This document shows positions 38,813 through 52,473 of a DNA stretch of 64,000 nt, one piece after another. Every line of letters begins with the position of its first letter. Positions within the stretch are counted from its first letter, which is position 1. Location of the stretch: contig OX597814.1 in NCBI GenBank assembly GCA_951406725.2, positions 33,232,001 to 33,296,000 on the forward strand, written 5' to 3'. The notes beneath the pieces are model-generated. The model had not been told where the DNA came from. It saw only the letters and a program-made list of their open reading frames with translations, and made no database searches. This DNA comes from Octopus vulgaris. Taxonomy: Eukaryota. The translations under genes and the position numbers were made by a program.

Positions 38813-39488
38813 ACACGAGTGGTATGTTGTATGCACACAGGAATGCGGAAATATTAAGTGATGCACAAATTGTTTACTACTTTATACCTTCTAACGGAGG
38901 GTACTCAGGTTTGTTTATAAAAAAAAATATTTTCCCCACTAAGTTCTATCTTTTTCACCCTTGCCATTTATGTGCGTATAATATTGTTTAATTTCCTGAA
39001 GGTATTCTCATCGTAAGACGATTTTTCGCTTGAAAAATCGATTTACCCGAAAATGGTTTCCTTGGCAGTTTTTCATAAAAATCCTTCATGATATTTTCGA
39101 TATTAGGATATTTTCCTTATGTTTATGCCTATATGAAAGAAACAGTTTACATACACCCAGAGTTGTTGCGTCTTTTTATTCTGTGTCCTCGCCCATGCAT
39201 GCAATACACAGGTAGATAAACACATCCTTCAATATCCTATCAAGAACTCAGCGTCAATGACGTTATTTTTATCATAATTCTCATTATCATCATCATCATT
39301 ATCATCATATCACCATCATGATCACTATCATTATCTTATCATCACTAACTAGAGAAATTTATCACTAGTTGAATGAAACCGTGAATATTTTATGTACATG
39401 CATTAAACGCACACATGTGTATGCAAGTGTGTGTATTTCACGAAGATGATGATGAGGAGGGCGATGTGGATTCTCATACAGAGAGATA

Positions 39489-39886
39489 TCTTTATATATA
39501 AAAGTGAAGTTGTGTGTCTGTCTCCTACGATTTAGATTCCTAACTACTCCCACATTTTGCGGTGCAGTTTAACCAAAACCGGGTATCTTATAGTCATGAT
39601 TCATATCGAGCCCTTCTGGGTATTAGCGCGCGTCTACGATGAGTCTACGATTTTTAAAATAATTTACCATCATTTTTTTCCATTTTAATGCATTTTTCGC
39701 TATTATATAAGGGAAGTAACTCTCTAAAAATGTCTACGATGAGTCAACGATTTTTTAAAAAAATTTACCATCATTTTTTTTCCATTTTTAATGCATTTTT
39801 TGGCTATTTTTTGGCTATAACTCTCTAAAAATGCTTATATAGTTATTTCCCTTACAAACCCGAGCAACGCCGGGTGATACTGCTAG
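39489..39886 (+). mobile_element. Non-autonomous Helitron
   Basis: 5' TC(TTTATATATAAAA), 3' hairpin CCCGAGCAACGCCGGG then CTAG terminus, inserted between A and T; internal ~100-bp tandem duplication. Confidence 0.8.
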
Positions 39887-40492
39887 TATAAATATATATT
39901 CGATCGTTTACTCAATGATGTTTCGTTGCGATTATATCCGGATACAGAATTCCATGCCGATGTTCCTCTAGATTAGCCAGTGATGGTGAAACATGCTCAC
40001 CGATAAATTGCTTTGTCAATTTGTCGGTGAACATATTTCACCATCACTACGATCGCAAGCCGAATACGTTAACCACTAAGCCACGCACTTTTACGCACAC
40101 ACATGCATATATATTTATGTATACATATATATATACACATACATACATACACGCACATACATATATATATATATATATAAATGTGTGTGTGTGTTCAATC
40201 ATTGTTCTACGCAGAGCACAAATATTTAAAACATCACATTAATACATCCTAACGTGTGTGTTGACAATACATACACATACACATACACACACATCGACGT
40301 ACTTGTGCATATTGCAATCTATACTCATATACAATTAGTCTTAAAATTATACCTCATTAAACAAACATCACACATAATGCAACCCGGACACCGCTTGTAT
40401 GAATCTCATAAACGCTGGTTATGTAACTCGTCATGTGCACATCATATCACACTCAAATATTATAGGCTTATATGTGAATATTACATTATATA

Positions 40493-40530
<38 letters not shown>

Positions 40531-41192
40531 TATATATTCAACAATATAAGGAATGGCCCTAATAGGCCATTCGACTCACTAGAAAGAGCAGCCAAACTCA
40601 AACCGCTGAATAGTTGTAATTCTGAAATTGAAAGAGAAATAAAAACATTTACCCTTTTCATCTCTGGACTATGCATAGTTTCGACAAACTTCGTAAACAA
40701 ATTAATTAAATTAAATTAAATTTATTTACAACTGGCGTGTCTCGTCAGCAGAGAAGGCGAGGGCGAGCAAATGTCTACGAGGCGACGGCAAAGAAGCCTC
40801 CAGTCCATATGCCCTAAATTTTCAAAATATATTAATATATATATATATAAATACATATATACACGAATGTATATATGCCTGTATATATGTGAGTATATAT
40901 GAACGTATTTCTCTTTAAATGTATTTGTCTCTCTCTTTCTCACTCTCTCTTTCCCTTTCTCTCTTTCTGTGTTTGTGTATGCGTGTATATATGTATGTAT
41001 ATACATAAGGGCAGGACCACACCAGTCAACCCGAAACTGACACATATGTAATATATTGATCTACACATGTGTAATAAATATATAGGAATTTTGATTTGTA
41101 TATATATATAAATATATATTTATGTAAAAATGTGTATGTATGTACATACATATATTGATAAATATATATACACACATATATATATTTGCATG

Positions 41193-41235
<43 letters not shown>

Positions 41236-41240
41236 GTATG

Positions 41241-41273
<33 letters not shown>

Positions 41274-41291
41274 GTATGTATATATATACTC

Positions 41292-41572
41292 TCTCTTTAC
41301 TCTTTTACTTGTTTCAGTCATATGACTGCGGTCATGCTGGAGCACCGCCTTTAATCGAGTAACTCGACCCCGGGACTTATTCTTTTGTAAGCCCAGTACT
41401 TATTCTATCGGTCTCTTTTGCCGAACCGCTAAGTAACGGGGACATAAACACACCAGCATCGATTGTCAAGCAATGCTAGGGGGACAAACAGAGAAACACA
41501 AACACACACACGCATATATATATATATATATATATATACGACGGACTTCTTTCAGTTTCCGTCTACCAAATA
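41292..41572 (-). mobile_element. SINE family B, 3' part
   Basis: Near-exact reverse complement of 9790-10060. Confidence 0.85.
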
Positions 41573-41589
41573 TACGTGTGGTATTCATA

Positions 41590-42140
41590 CTGGATATATC
41601 ACCCACATCATAAGTTGTCCGAAATTGTCATCATGGTATTATCTACCCATAAGGCATGATGTTGTAGCTAGGACACTCTATAATGTAATCTGTCAGAGGA
41701 CAAAGAAATAAGAACCTACAATATGGTAGATACCATAGCTACTTATAATAAAAAGGAATACTGGTGGAATGTACCAGTAAAGACCTCAATAAAATGTAAG
41801 CACAAAATACATCATATAATGATTTGGGACAGAGAAGAGAAACTGTGCACAGTTACGGAAATTACCTGCCCAGCGGATGTTAACATAAAACCAGTGACAA
41901 ACAGAATACCTATGCTGAACTAGTGAGAAATCTGCATTTACTCCATCCAGATTGCAAGTTCAGGTTTATATCTGTAATTATGTGGGTCCTGGGATATATA
42001 ACACATTGCCCAAATATCAATCTTGAGAAATTAAGCTTCTCAAACCCAGAAAGGGGAGAGCTAATTCGAAGATTACAGATCCAGTATATCACTGGAACTG
42101 TATAAAATCTGTAAAACTTTCCAGAAGTTTATCATTTTAA
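41590..42140 (+). pseudogene. RLE-type non-LTR retrotransposon C-terminal remnant
   Basis: ITHIISCPKLSSWYYLPIRHDVVARTLY, EYWWNVPVKT, IMIWDREEKLCTVTEITCPADVN (zinc knuckle-RHD and PD-(D/E)xK region). Confidence 0.7.
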
Positions 42141-42239
42141 ATAGATATGAGCAGGTCTAGATATGCAACTATATGCATAAGAATACATACATAAAACATA
42201 CAAATCTGCACATACAAATATCCATGCATGAGGAGGAGG

Positions 42240-42571
42240 AGACCCCCCTTCAGTCATGAATGACCATGGGATTGCACCTAGAAAGTGACCCTCCGAGGCA
42301 CAAGGCTGAGCAAGGTTGTTTGTGGAGGGCCAGCAGTCGCCCACGCATACCGGCCTCCGCTCTCAACACAACTGATGTTATTCAAGGGAAAGGCAAAGGC
42401 CGATACAGCTTGGCACCAGTGACGTCGCAACTCATTTCTACAGCTGAGTTAACTGGAGCAACGTGAAATAATGTATTGCTCAAGAGCACAACAAGCAGCT
42501 CGGTCCGGGAATCGAACTCACAACCTCACGATCGTAAGCTCGACGCTCTAACCACTGAGCCGTGCGCCTTC
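42240..42571 (-). mobile_element. SINE family C
   Basis: Homologous to 30503-30836; B box GAGTTCGATTCCC. Confidence 0.85.
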
Positions 42572-42647
42572 ACATGCATACATACATACATACATACATA
42601 CATACATACATACATACATACATACATACATACATACATACATACAT

Positions 42648-43030
42648 GAGGGCTGCCCCCTCGTTATCGAGTATGGCCATTGCACGAAGCTTAACTGTTA
42701 TTGGTGCTGTGATTGAATGTGACTTTTATTTGCTTTTTAAGGCTACAGCCAGCTATTCAGTTGAGACTCACAGCACTATCAACAATCATGAACAATGTTG
42801 CTATCGTGCAATGCCTGTGCAAGAAGATTTTTTGTAAAGTGAGGAAAGGCTCAATAAGCAACAGCAGCCATAATCCGAAAAGAAGACCAAGTCAACATCA
42901 TCGGTAACCACTGGGCCGCAGGTTTTATGTCGGAGTTACCCCAGTTATCTGAGTTACCTTCTCCCAGAAGGATGCCCTAACAAAGGCTAGGAGTCCTTCA
43001 CTCCCAATGGTTTAACCGCGCGGTCAGGTA
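42648..43030 (-). mobile_element. Non-autonomous RTE-derived element (5' UTR-like part plus 3' tail)
   Basis: Minus strand ...TTAGGGCATCCTTCTGGGAGAAGGTAACTC...ATAAAACCTGCGG at the 5' side and ATGGCCATACTCGATAACGAGGGGGCAGCCC + (ATGT)n at the 3' side; RTE resemblance from memory. Confidence 0.45.
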
Positions 43031-43089
43031 TTCAGTCCGATTATTTCTATGTCCTCGCGCATGATACAGCCTTAATCCTTAAAAATAAT

Positions 43090-43290
43090 ACACATTTATT
43101 GGATGGCCGTTAACTCTCAAGATTTCCTCCGCCCTTTGACGGGTTTAGTTTTTCATCCCGCAGGGTGTCCAATAAACATCCTCCACACCAAGCAAGCTTG
43201 GTGGGGTTGCCGGATTAGTCGCCGACGGCCCAACCATGCAACAGGTTGTACTGGGTTACATGTTACCAGTAGCAATCGAAAGTGACCTGA
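43090..43290 (-). mobile_element. Probable RTE LINE 5' UTR fragment
   Basis: GC-rich structured segment starting next to (CATA)n; minus-strand GGCGACTAA...AAACCCGTCAAAGGGCGGAGGAAA resembles RTE 5' UTRs. Confidence 0.4.
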
Positions 43291-43553
43291 CATACATACA
43301 TACATACATACATACATACATACATACATACATACATACATACATACATACATACGTAAATACATACATACATACATACATACACGCTGACAGACAGGGT
43401 GATAGACAGACAGACAGATAGGTCCGATAAACAGGAACAGGAAACTCTGGGTAACTGTTTTTGTGATGTCTTTGCAGCTTTATTAATAAAGCATATTACT
43501 TTACCTCCGGTATTCGAGTTTTCCACTTTGTTTCACATTTATATGCTTAGTCT

Positions 43554-43650
<97 letters not shown>

Positions 43651-43790
43651 AGAGAGAGAAAGAAAGAGAGTAATATATGTATGTGTGTATCTATATACTT
43701 TATATGCACACATGCATACATATATACATATACATACATGTGGACACACAGGCAGATAGACAGACAGACTTATAGATCGATCGATCGATC

Positions 43791-43869
<79 letters not shown>

Positions 43870-44392
43870 GCTTAATACATATGTATACACTCACACGCAC
43901 ACATACGCTCACTCACACGCATACGCATTTATGTTATATTATATATATATTATTTGATATAAATTCGCATATGCTTGAGTGATTCTGTATATGAGAACAT
44001 AAGTTTATCAAATGCCCTATTTACTTACGCGTGGGTTTATGTGCGTTTGACTGAGTCTGTGTGGCCGTGCGTATGTGTGTGTGTGAATGTGTGTGTTATG
44101 TGCGTTTGTGCGTGCGTTCGTGTGCTCGTATTATTCCGTGTGTGTGTGTGTGTAGAAAGCAACGGAAAATGAAAGAGTTTGAGAGAAAATTAGCTAGATA
44201 CACTCGTATATACAGATTTTACATATATGTCCCTGTATATACGCTTATTTACTTGTGTTTATACAAATGTATATATCCGTATACGTTGCTAAAATAAATA
44301 AAAAAATCAAATGTCTGCCTGGACGAAAGTTCATTAAAAGCTTAGAAGCATCATCTCGGTCGTGCTGATCCGGAAAATCGTTAGCATCTAAT

Positions 44393-44453
<61 letters not shown>

Positions 44454-44498
44454 AACACACACACACACATACACACACACTCTCACACACACACACAC

Positions 44499-44586
<88 letters not shown>

Positions 44587-44953
44587 GAGTAAAAGATTCT
44601 ATCTAGTAAACCAAAACTACGCCTATAGCCATACAGTGTTCTCTCAAGAAGGAAAACAATTCATATAACACGTATTTATTACTTCTAAGTCTGCATAACT
44701 TTCCAATCAATAGCCATACTTCAGGCAGTTATATCTTCTTTGAAAGAAAACACTAAAGTAAAGAATAATGAAAATGTAAGAATAGCAGGTTTAACTGACG
44801 ATTATTCGAAGTCATTTTTGGCAAAACGTTTGTATTCTGCCTACTGCTATTGTGTTATATATCATTTCCATCTGGCAGAGTCTGTTTGACCACATGAAAT
44901 GAAGAATTGTTTTTCCATATATACACATACGTACATACATGTGTGTTTGTGCA

Positions 44954-45003
<50 letters not shown>

Positions 45004-45416
45004 TATGTGTAGAAATAGTTATGTATACAAATATATATACAATTAAAGTTATATATGTATATATATATAGAGAGAGAGTTATGCATATATATATATATAA
45101 ATATACATACATACAATTAAAGGTTTATATATATTATTGTAGCTGCAAAAGCATCACAAAGAAACTGACTCAGAGTTTCACGTTCCCGCTCGTCGGACGG
45201 TTGTGACCATGAACGTCTTGATTACAACAATTAGCTCTCTTTTTGGGTATTTGTCATTGAGAGGTCTTTCTTGTTATTTATCAGTAAGATTGCCTAAGGC
45301 AGCAGTTTTAGCACGGGTTTTCATACGCTTAGCTTTTTAGTGTTGTTTCTGGTACGTCTGATTCTGGAATTTGTTGTATTCGGATTCACTTAGATATTAT
45401 TCCGTTTCCCGTTTTG

Positions 45417-45712
45417 TTACTGAATATGATGCTTTCTGGTTTGCCTGCTTTGAGGTTTTAACATCGAGTCATCAGAGTTTTTTAGGTAGGCGTCTAGGCC
45501 AATTGTGGCAATCTTCATTGTTAATTCTAGTGGTAAAATTCCACGGCCACGCTCTTTTCTTGCTATAGTCGTAATTGCTATTTTATATATTTCCAAGCAT
45601 TTCTTAATCCAGCTTTCTGGTAGGCTATCAAAAGTTTTTTTATAGTCTATCCAGACTATCGACAAGTTTTTGTGTCGTTTCTGAAATCTTCCAAGATCAT
45701 CTTATTGATGAG
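45417..45712 (-). pseudogene. R4/Dong-like RT fragment
   Basis: LINKMILE...NLSIVWIDYKKTFDSLPESWIKKCLEIYKI. Confidence 0.75.
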
Positions 45713-45891
45713 TGATTATTTATTATTGTGAAGTATTTTTGCCACTTAAATGTGGCTAATCCCTAAGGGTAGATGCTACTGTAGCTTGTAGCCCCAGGAG
45801 GACACCTCCTTCAGCTGGCTATTGACACACTTTCTGCGCCATATCAGTATTTACAAAGGGAAGCCATCCTTCCCATCTTCAACTTATGATA

Positions 45892-45936
45892 CACACGGAC
45901 TCGAGTTTTTGGGTATTGACCCGTCATCAGCGTATG
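45892..45936 (-). ncRNA. Near-intact minimal type I hammerhead ribozyme
   Basis: CATACG-CTGATGA-CGGGTCAATACCC-AAAAACTCGAGTC-CGTGTG: stem I CATACG/CGTGTG, stem II GGGT/ACCC, palindromic stem III ACTCGAGT, GUC triplet; G12 reads A. Confidence 0.6.
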
Positions 45937-46214
45937 GCAATCACTAGTTTATGTCTTTATTCAGAGAGGACATACACAAACATGCAGGAAGAAAAAAACA
46001 TATGAAAGAATGAATTACAATGAATTAAATTATAATGAATATGAGACGGTTTTCTTGGTCCCGCGATTACTTTTTTACAATTAAACGTTCTTGCAGTTTT
46101 TTTTCCTTTTTTAATTTGTTCTTTTTCGTAGTCTTTTGGTTTTTTTGCATCGTTTTTTTTTCTTTATACATTTTAACAGTCTATTTTCCACTTTATGAAG
46201 TATAAATTTTACTT

Positions 46215-47540
46215 TTAAAAGTTCATAAAGGGTTTCAAATCTAATTCCACGACCGGTGGGAGCTCGTCAAACTCGACTTCAACCCCCAGCGGGTCTATGA
46301 AAAGTTCATGCATCTCTCTTAATTTCAAATATCTCTCTTTATCTATGACTATTCCTTTAGTGTGTTTCCGGTATTTTTCTGGTGGCAGCTTTACTCTTAT
46401 TACCGATTTAAATTTTACAATCGTTTTCTCTACTTCTTTACTTTTGTAATAAGTGACCAAATGCCACTCGTATCTCTTCCTTTTCACTTCTGCTTGCTTC
46501 GGCTCCCGTCCTGATCTGTCCGAGCGAGCAGAAACATCACAACCAATTTTATGAATGCTTCCTTTTTCTCCCTGTTGTAATGCTGTTTTTCCTGTGTGCC
46601 TTCTTTCACCACTGCTTCTGTTGGTGCTTCACACCTATTTCTCTTTTCTTCCATCACAATCTCCTTTAACCATTTTTGACTGTCTGGGGGAGAATTCACC
46701 CGTTCCTTTCTCTTCCTCGTGTTTACTACTGTGAAGGGTTCCTCCACTCTGTCTGTCTCTTTCATTGATACTTCCTCTTCGGTATTTTTTCTTCACTTTT
46801 CTTCTCCTGCTCGTTTTCCTTCTCGGGACATCTTGCTTTTATGTGCCCCATTTACCGCATAGGAAGCATGTAGGTGGTCTTCCTTCTACTGTTATTCGAA
46901 GTCTGCTGTCTTCTAGTAGTATTATATCCTCCGTCATACTATGCAAGTCTTCCAAAGATACCTGCATGGTCACTTCGAGCTATATCCCCACCAATTGAAC
47001 TTTGAGGTCCTCTTCATCTTGAGGATCTCTACTCCGTCCTTCATATCGTGCATAATGTTTGCTACCAACCATTCTTCCTCGATTTCGTGGGGAGGGGTAC
47101 TCTTCCAACTCTCACTCTGGCTGCGCGTTTGCCACAGTACGTCGGAAGTAGTATCCATTTCGTTGTCCGTAACGGCTCCGTGGCGTGGTTTATGGCATCT
47201 TCTTTGTTGCCAAACCTTACTTCCACTGAGCCATACTTCTTTCCACCTGTATAGAACGTGGTCAATTTTTTAACATTTTCTAGGCATTCCTCTATTTCTT
47301 CTGTTAATGCTACCTCTATTTTTTGTTCGAGGACGTAGATAACGTTCTGTATACTACCGTCCTCTTTTCTATGCTTTATATCAGTTCTTCTGGGGGAGTC
47401 AGCTTTAGACTAGTTCCCTCCTTTTTTTACAAATTTTCTTCCTTCCTTTTTCTTGTGCCCATTTCTATTTCTTGCAATACCAGGGTGTTGATATTTATTC
47501 CTTGTGTCGTTGCTGCCGTGTAACTTTGTCTATTCTCCAT
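46215..47540 (-). pseudogene. L1/Tx1-like ORF1 (RRM-like region plus CCHC zinc knuckle), frameshifted
   Basis: YGSVEVRFGNKEDA...LPTYCGKRAARVRVGRVP and ITVEGRPPTCFLCGK/GHIKARCP (one frameshift); ATG at 47540. Confidence 0.7.
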
Positions 47541-47879
47541 CTTTCTTCACTCCTCCCGTTGACGGGGATTATACAGGTGCAAACGAACCAGTGACTGAAA
47601 TTCAATAATTTACACAATCCAACGCGCGGGGAAACCTACAACAACCATACAATATCAGTGTGTAACGATTTGAACTCACATCGAAGCAATCACAATCAAC
47701 ACCCATTAGAGACAATCGCCAGTTTTCTCTTTATTATAGGCATGTAACCTGAATATAGAATGGACAATACAATTACATACAAACAATACAAAATTTGGGG
47801 TACATATAACAAATAATGAATATGAGATGAGTTATGTGTATTGACTCGTCATCCTCGTTTATACCTCGTTCAGAGATTT

Positions 47880-47886
47880 ATTATTG

Positions 47887-47922
<36 letters not shown>

Positions 47923-48350
47923 CTTTGCACAGTTTCTAACGCTGGAGATGTACTACGGAGTCAGTTGTTCACTACCAGTAAACTAAGGTAACACCTCTTA
48001 TTTTTCGAGCACCTTCCGGAGTATTCGCATGGTTTGAAGCAATGCTGTTTTCAGCAAGTACTCCACCAATATTGCAGCCCCTATTTGTTCCATGTACTTC
48101 TCAAGAATTTTATTCACTATTCCCATGGCTCCGACAATTATTGGCATTACTACCACCTTTTTCATCGACCACAACTGCTTAACCTCCCAAGCTAACCCGT
48201 TATATCTCTCAACTTTTCTTTCTTCCTTATCGCATAACTTGATGTCAGCTGGGCATGCTATATCTATGATCCAGCATAGTTTGCTTTCTCTCTCAATTAA
48301 AAATATGTCCGGCTTCCTATTCTCTATCTCATGGCTGCACTGAATCTTAG
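47880..48350 (-). mobile_element. R4/Dong-like LINE 3' end (restriction-like endonuclease) with (TAA)n tail
   Basis: HEIENRKPDIFL...WIIDIACP...ERKVERY...PIIVGAMG...TALLQTMRILRKVL*; 3' UTR shared with 37098-37150. Confidence 0.85.
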
Positions 48351-48399
48351 GACAAGATTGGAAATAAGATCTTAAAGCAGCCAAATTAAATACAGGCTG

Positions 48400-49890
48400 C
48401 ACGGAGAAAATGCCACTGTGAAATATTGAACGGAATAACAGAGATTGATGAATCTATATTAGACGTTGAGTAATTGTCATTAAAGAAATATTTCGATGAA
48501 GCTCCTAATCAGGAAGAAGTCAACAAGGCCATAGAATAGATGGAATATCTGAAGAGGTACTGAAATGTTGGGGAGATACGCTGAAAAGTAAGCTGTACTT
48601 CTTCTGTAACTCCTCAAGACTGAAGAGAGGCAATATTGGTATTTCTGTTTCAGAAGAGTAAGAAATCTGAGTGCGAATATTTTCATGGAATCTCGCTGCT
48701 CTCTGAACAGACTTATTTCCACGGTGACAAATAGCATCCTAGAAGAAATGCAGTGTGATTTTAGAGCACACAGAGGAACCAGCGACATGCTATTTTTTGC
48801 CTGACAAATTCGGGAAAAGTGTACTGAGCAAAATATTGTCATACATCAATGCTTTCTTGATTTTCCCAAAGGATTTGACAGACCAATGCTACGGCATTTT
48901 TTAAAGAATTTTTGTTGTCTTTACAAGTTTACGGACCTGATATAAACTTTGTATGACAACATGGAGGCTAAACTGTACTTTAATGGTAATTTACCTCAAC
49001 CTTTTTGTGTTGAATGTTGGGTAAAACAAGGAGGCATTCTTGCCTCAACGTCATTTGCTTTTTATTTTACTGCAGTATTCATAGTAGCATTCAAAAGTAA
49101 CACTAAGAGAATCTACATCAGATATAGAACCGCTGAGAGATTGTTCTACTGTTCAACGTTAAGATATTTGAAGCAGATACTAAGGAGCTTGTGATCTTGA
49201 TAGGAAATTATTGCATGTTAATTATAGTGATTTAATATCTCACACAGAACAGGAAGTGCGTGATCTGATTACAGTTTTTAATTCATCATGCAAAGCTATT
49301 GGATTGAAAATGAATTTTAAGAAAACAGAAAATATGTTGCAGTTAGTATCTGGAAAATGTTAGGCCAAAAATATTAGTAGGAGATAAAGAATTAAAAGTG
49401 GTGAAATCTTCTTTATCTGTAAAGTGTGCTGTCAGATGATGCAAGTTTGGAGAAGGAAGTTTCATACATAATTGGCAAATTTTGTAAACCTGAAAAACAG
49501 GCTTTAGTCACAACACGAAATCAGATAAAGGAGAAACATATTCATCTACAAAACATATTTACTCTCAGCTTTATTGTATGTTTGTGAAACTTGAATGATT
49601 TCCAAACACCAAATTAAGATGTTCAAACGGTTTTACCAACGCTGTTTGAGACATGTAGTCTATGTGAAGGGGACCTATTATACTCCCGAATACCAAAAAT
49701 TCTACAGAAATCTCAAATGACTGCAGTGAAGCCATGTCGTTTGGAGTTTTAAAGAAAGAGTGGAGATGTTGTTCGTATAATACCAGAATTCCTAAGCAAC
49801 TGTTCATGGGGAATTGAAACAAGGAAAGAGGAAAACTTCAAAACCTAAACTGCAGTACAAAGACCTTTCTAAGAGAACTTGAAGAAATAT
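48400..49890 (+). pseudogene. Old RTE (BovB-like) RT remnant
   Basis: QCDFRAHRGTSDMLFFA*QIREKCTEQ, FLDFPKGFD, VKQGGILA, RIPKQLFMG..KPKLQYKD. Confidence 0.8.
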
Positions 49891-50414
49891 GCTGTGTGTA
49901 CCTGTGTGCGTGTGTGCATGTGTGTGTGTGTATGTGTGTTTACATATAGATAAATATTGTTGCATAACCTTAGACTTTCAGAATAGACACTTGCCCAAAT
50001 AACCGCGAGTAGACCAAACATAAGCCCAGACGATTGCAGAAGACTGGGCGTATTTGAACTGAGAACTCAATGACATACATCTAAATATGATTTTTGTGTG
50101 GAGTCTACTCATATTTCCACCATACGTTCCCATTTAGTTGATAACGACAAAGGAAGGGAATGGGCTTTACTCTGCAATTTTCTACCTCATATAAATCCAG
50201 CCGTGTTCCCGGGTAACAAAAATTCAATCATATTGAATTGTTTCCATCGAACTACAAATACTTGATCATTGAGTATTAACTATCAACTGCTGCTACTCAG
50301 TATAGTAAGATACAAAGACAGCGCTGAAATGAATAAGGGATATTCAATAAATTGAATATTATGACGGCTTTTAGAAACAGTAATGTTTTATATATTCTCC
50401 AGAATTTTCTCCAA

Positions 50415-50600
50415 AGCAAGCAACTGTGAGGGAGGGTGGAAGTCAATTAAAAGAACTCGGGTGCTCAAGTGGTACTTATTTTATCAACCCCAAAAGTACG
50501 TAAGACAAAGTCGACCACGGGGGGCATTTCAACTCAGTACGTAAAGACAAACGATATATCGCTAAGCACTATGCTAACAATTCTGCCAGCTCACCGCTTT
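50415..50600 (-). mobile_element. SINE family A, diverged
   Basis: GGTACTTATTTTATCAACCCC...CTAACAATTCTGCCAGCTCACCGC. Confidence 0.7.
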
Positions 50601-50940
50601 TGTTGTCTTAATAGCATTGACCAGATACAAAATTCACTCTGTTTAATCTTCTGTTAATTTGTAATTCTATCGTAAAAAGTTATAGACTTTTCCAAGCTAA
50701 TTCAAGATGCGGATAAAAACTTGTGAAAATTTCATAAACTTATCTATTTAGATATTCATATATATATATATATAACATTAATTTTTTTGCCAGTATAAAA
50801 CCATTATGTAATTAAGTGGTAATAGTTCATCTTTTTCTTGTTTTTACTTATATTCTCAGCAATATTCTAACAACTTTTACGCAAGCATCAGTACAGATAT
50901 GTGTGTGTGCATATATCTGTTGTGTGTGTGGTGATATACA

Positions 50941-50986
<46 letters not shown>

Positions 50987-51461
50987 AATTGAAAAGAAGT
51001 AAAAAATGATTCAGTGAATTTAATTAACAATATACATTCTAAATCGATTTTTTGTCTTTTGTGAAGCATTTAATAAATAGAAAAATGCATTTTTTTTATA
51101 TTAACACAAATATGAGTACATTTTTCACTATATTTCGTATACAATCTATTTCTCAGAGAAACAAAATACATGCATAAGTACATATATAAACAGTGTATAC
51201 ACAGTGGAAGGGACAAAAAAAATTAAATCATGTGCAAAAACGATTTTTGCTAATGGAAAAGTCATCTTTGTGATGGCATAAAGTTTAGAAACCGTTAATT
51301 ATACATTTCTAGATAGTAACATAAAAATTTATATAAATTAAACTGTTGACAAAAAAATGCATGATATAATGAAAATATGTGTATATATAGTATGAATAGA
51401 TATAAATAATATATCGTGATATAATATATATATATAAATAGACATACATATATATATACAT

Positions 51462-51514
<53 letters not shown>

Positions 51515-51608
51515 TACATATATATATACACACACACATACATATATATACATACATAGATATACATATATACTTATATATATATATGAGTATATATGTA
51601 CATCTATG

Positions 51609-51644
<36 letters not shown>

Positions 51645-51676
51645 TATACATACATAGATGTACATATATACTTATA

Positions 51677-51710
<34 letters not shown>

Positions 51711-51998
51711 CTTAAATACATAAATAAATGTGTGAATGTGTGTGATGTGCGTATGTGAGTGTCTACGTACACACACACCACACACATATCCTATACCATT
51801 TTTGCTATTCGTGTTATTTAGTGTCTATGTACTTTATTTCTCAACATATCGGGTAATTCTTTTTTTAAAAAAAAAACAAAAGTTCACCTACCGCCTTCCT
51901 CTACACAATGTGATTGAAACATAAGTATACAGAATTTCAACAGAAGTAATGAAAGAATAATTATACGTGTATTTCTATTAGTAACGTGTGTGGCTCAT

Positions 51999-52086
51999 TA
52001 AATGAAAGTATACGTAAGTGTTTGCGTTCTCTTCGTTCACCATGCTAATATGGCGCTTTCCTATAAAGATATATCTATGCATATAT

Positions 52087-52135
<49 letters not shown>

Positions 52136-52430
52136 CTTATATAGATAAACATATATATGTATATACATACACACACACCCCACACGTATATATATATGTG
52201 CATGAATATTTATACGTTCATATATATATATTCGTACATATGTATATGTATGTTTAATGTAATTCTGCGCATGTTTATAAGACATATGAATACAATGTGT
52301 GCATTTTGTATGTGTGCATTTCGTACATTATACTTCATTATGTCAGTATATCTATAATATAATGTCTTACGGGAAACTACACACATCATATAATTACATC
52401 ATATTTTTTGCATATATATATATATGCATG

Positions 52431-52473
<43 letters not shown>

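Larger units (their letters stand above)
45714..47720 (-). mobile_element. ORF1-only (HAL1-like) element with (TAA)-like tail and a hammerhead-like motif
   Basis: One broken ORF, no RT, 3' end ...CACAATAATAAATAA abutting an RT fragment. Confidence 0.55.
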
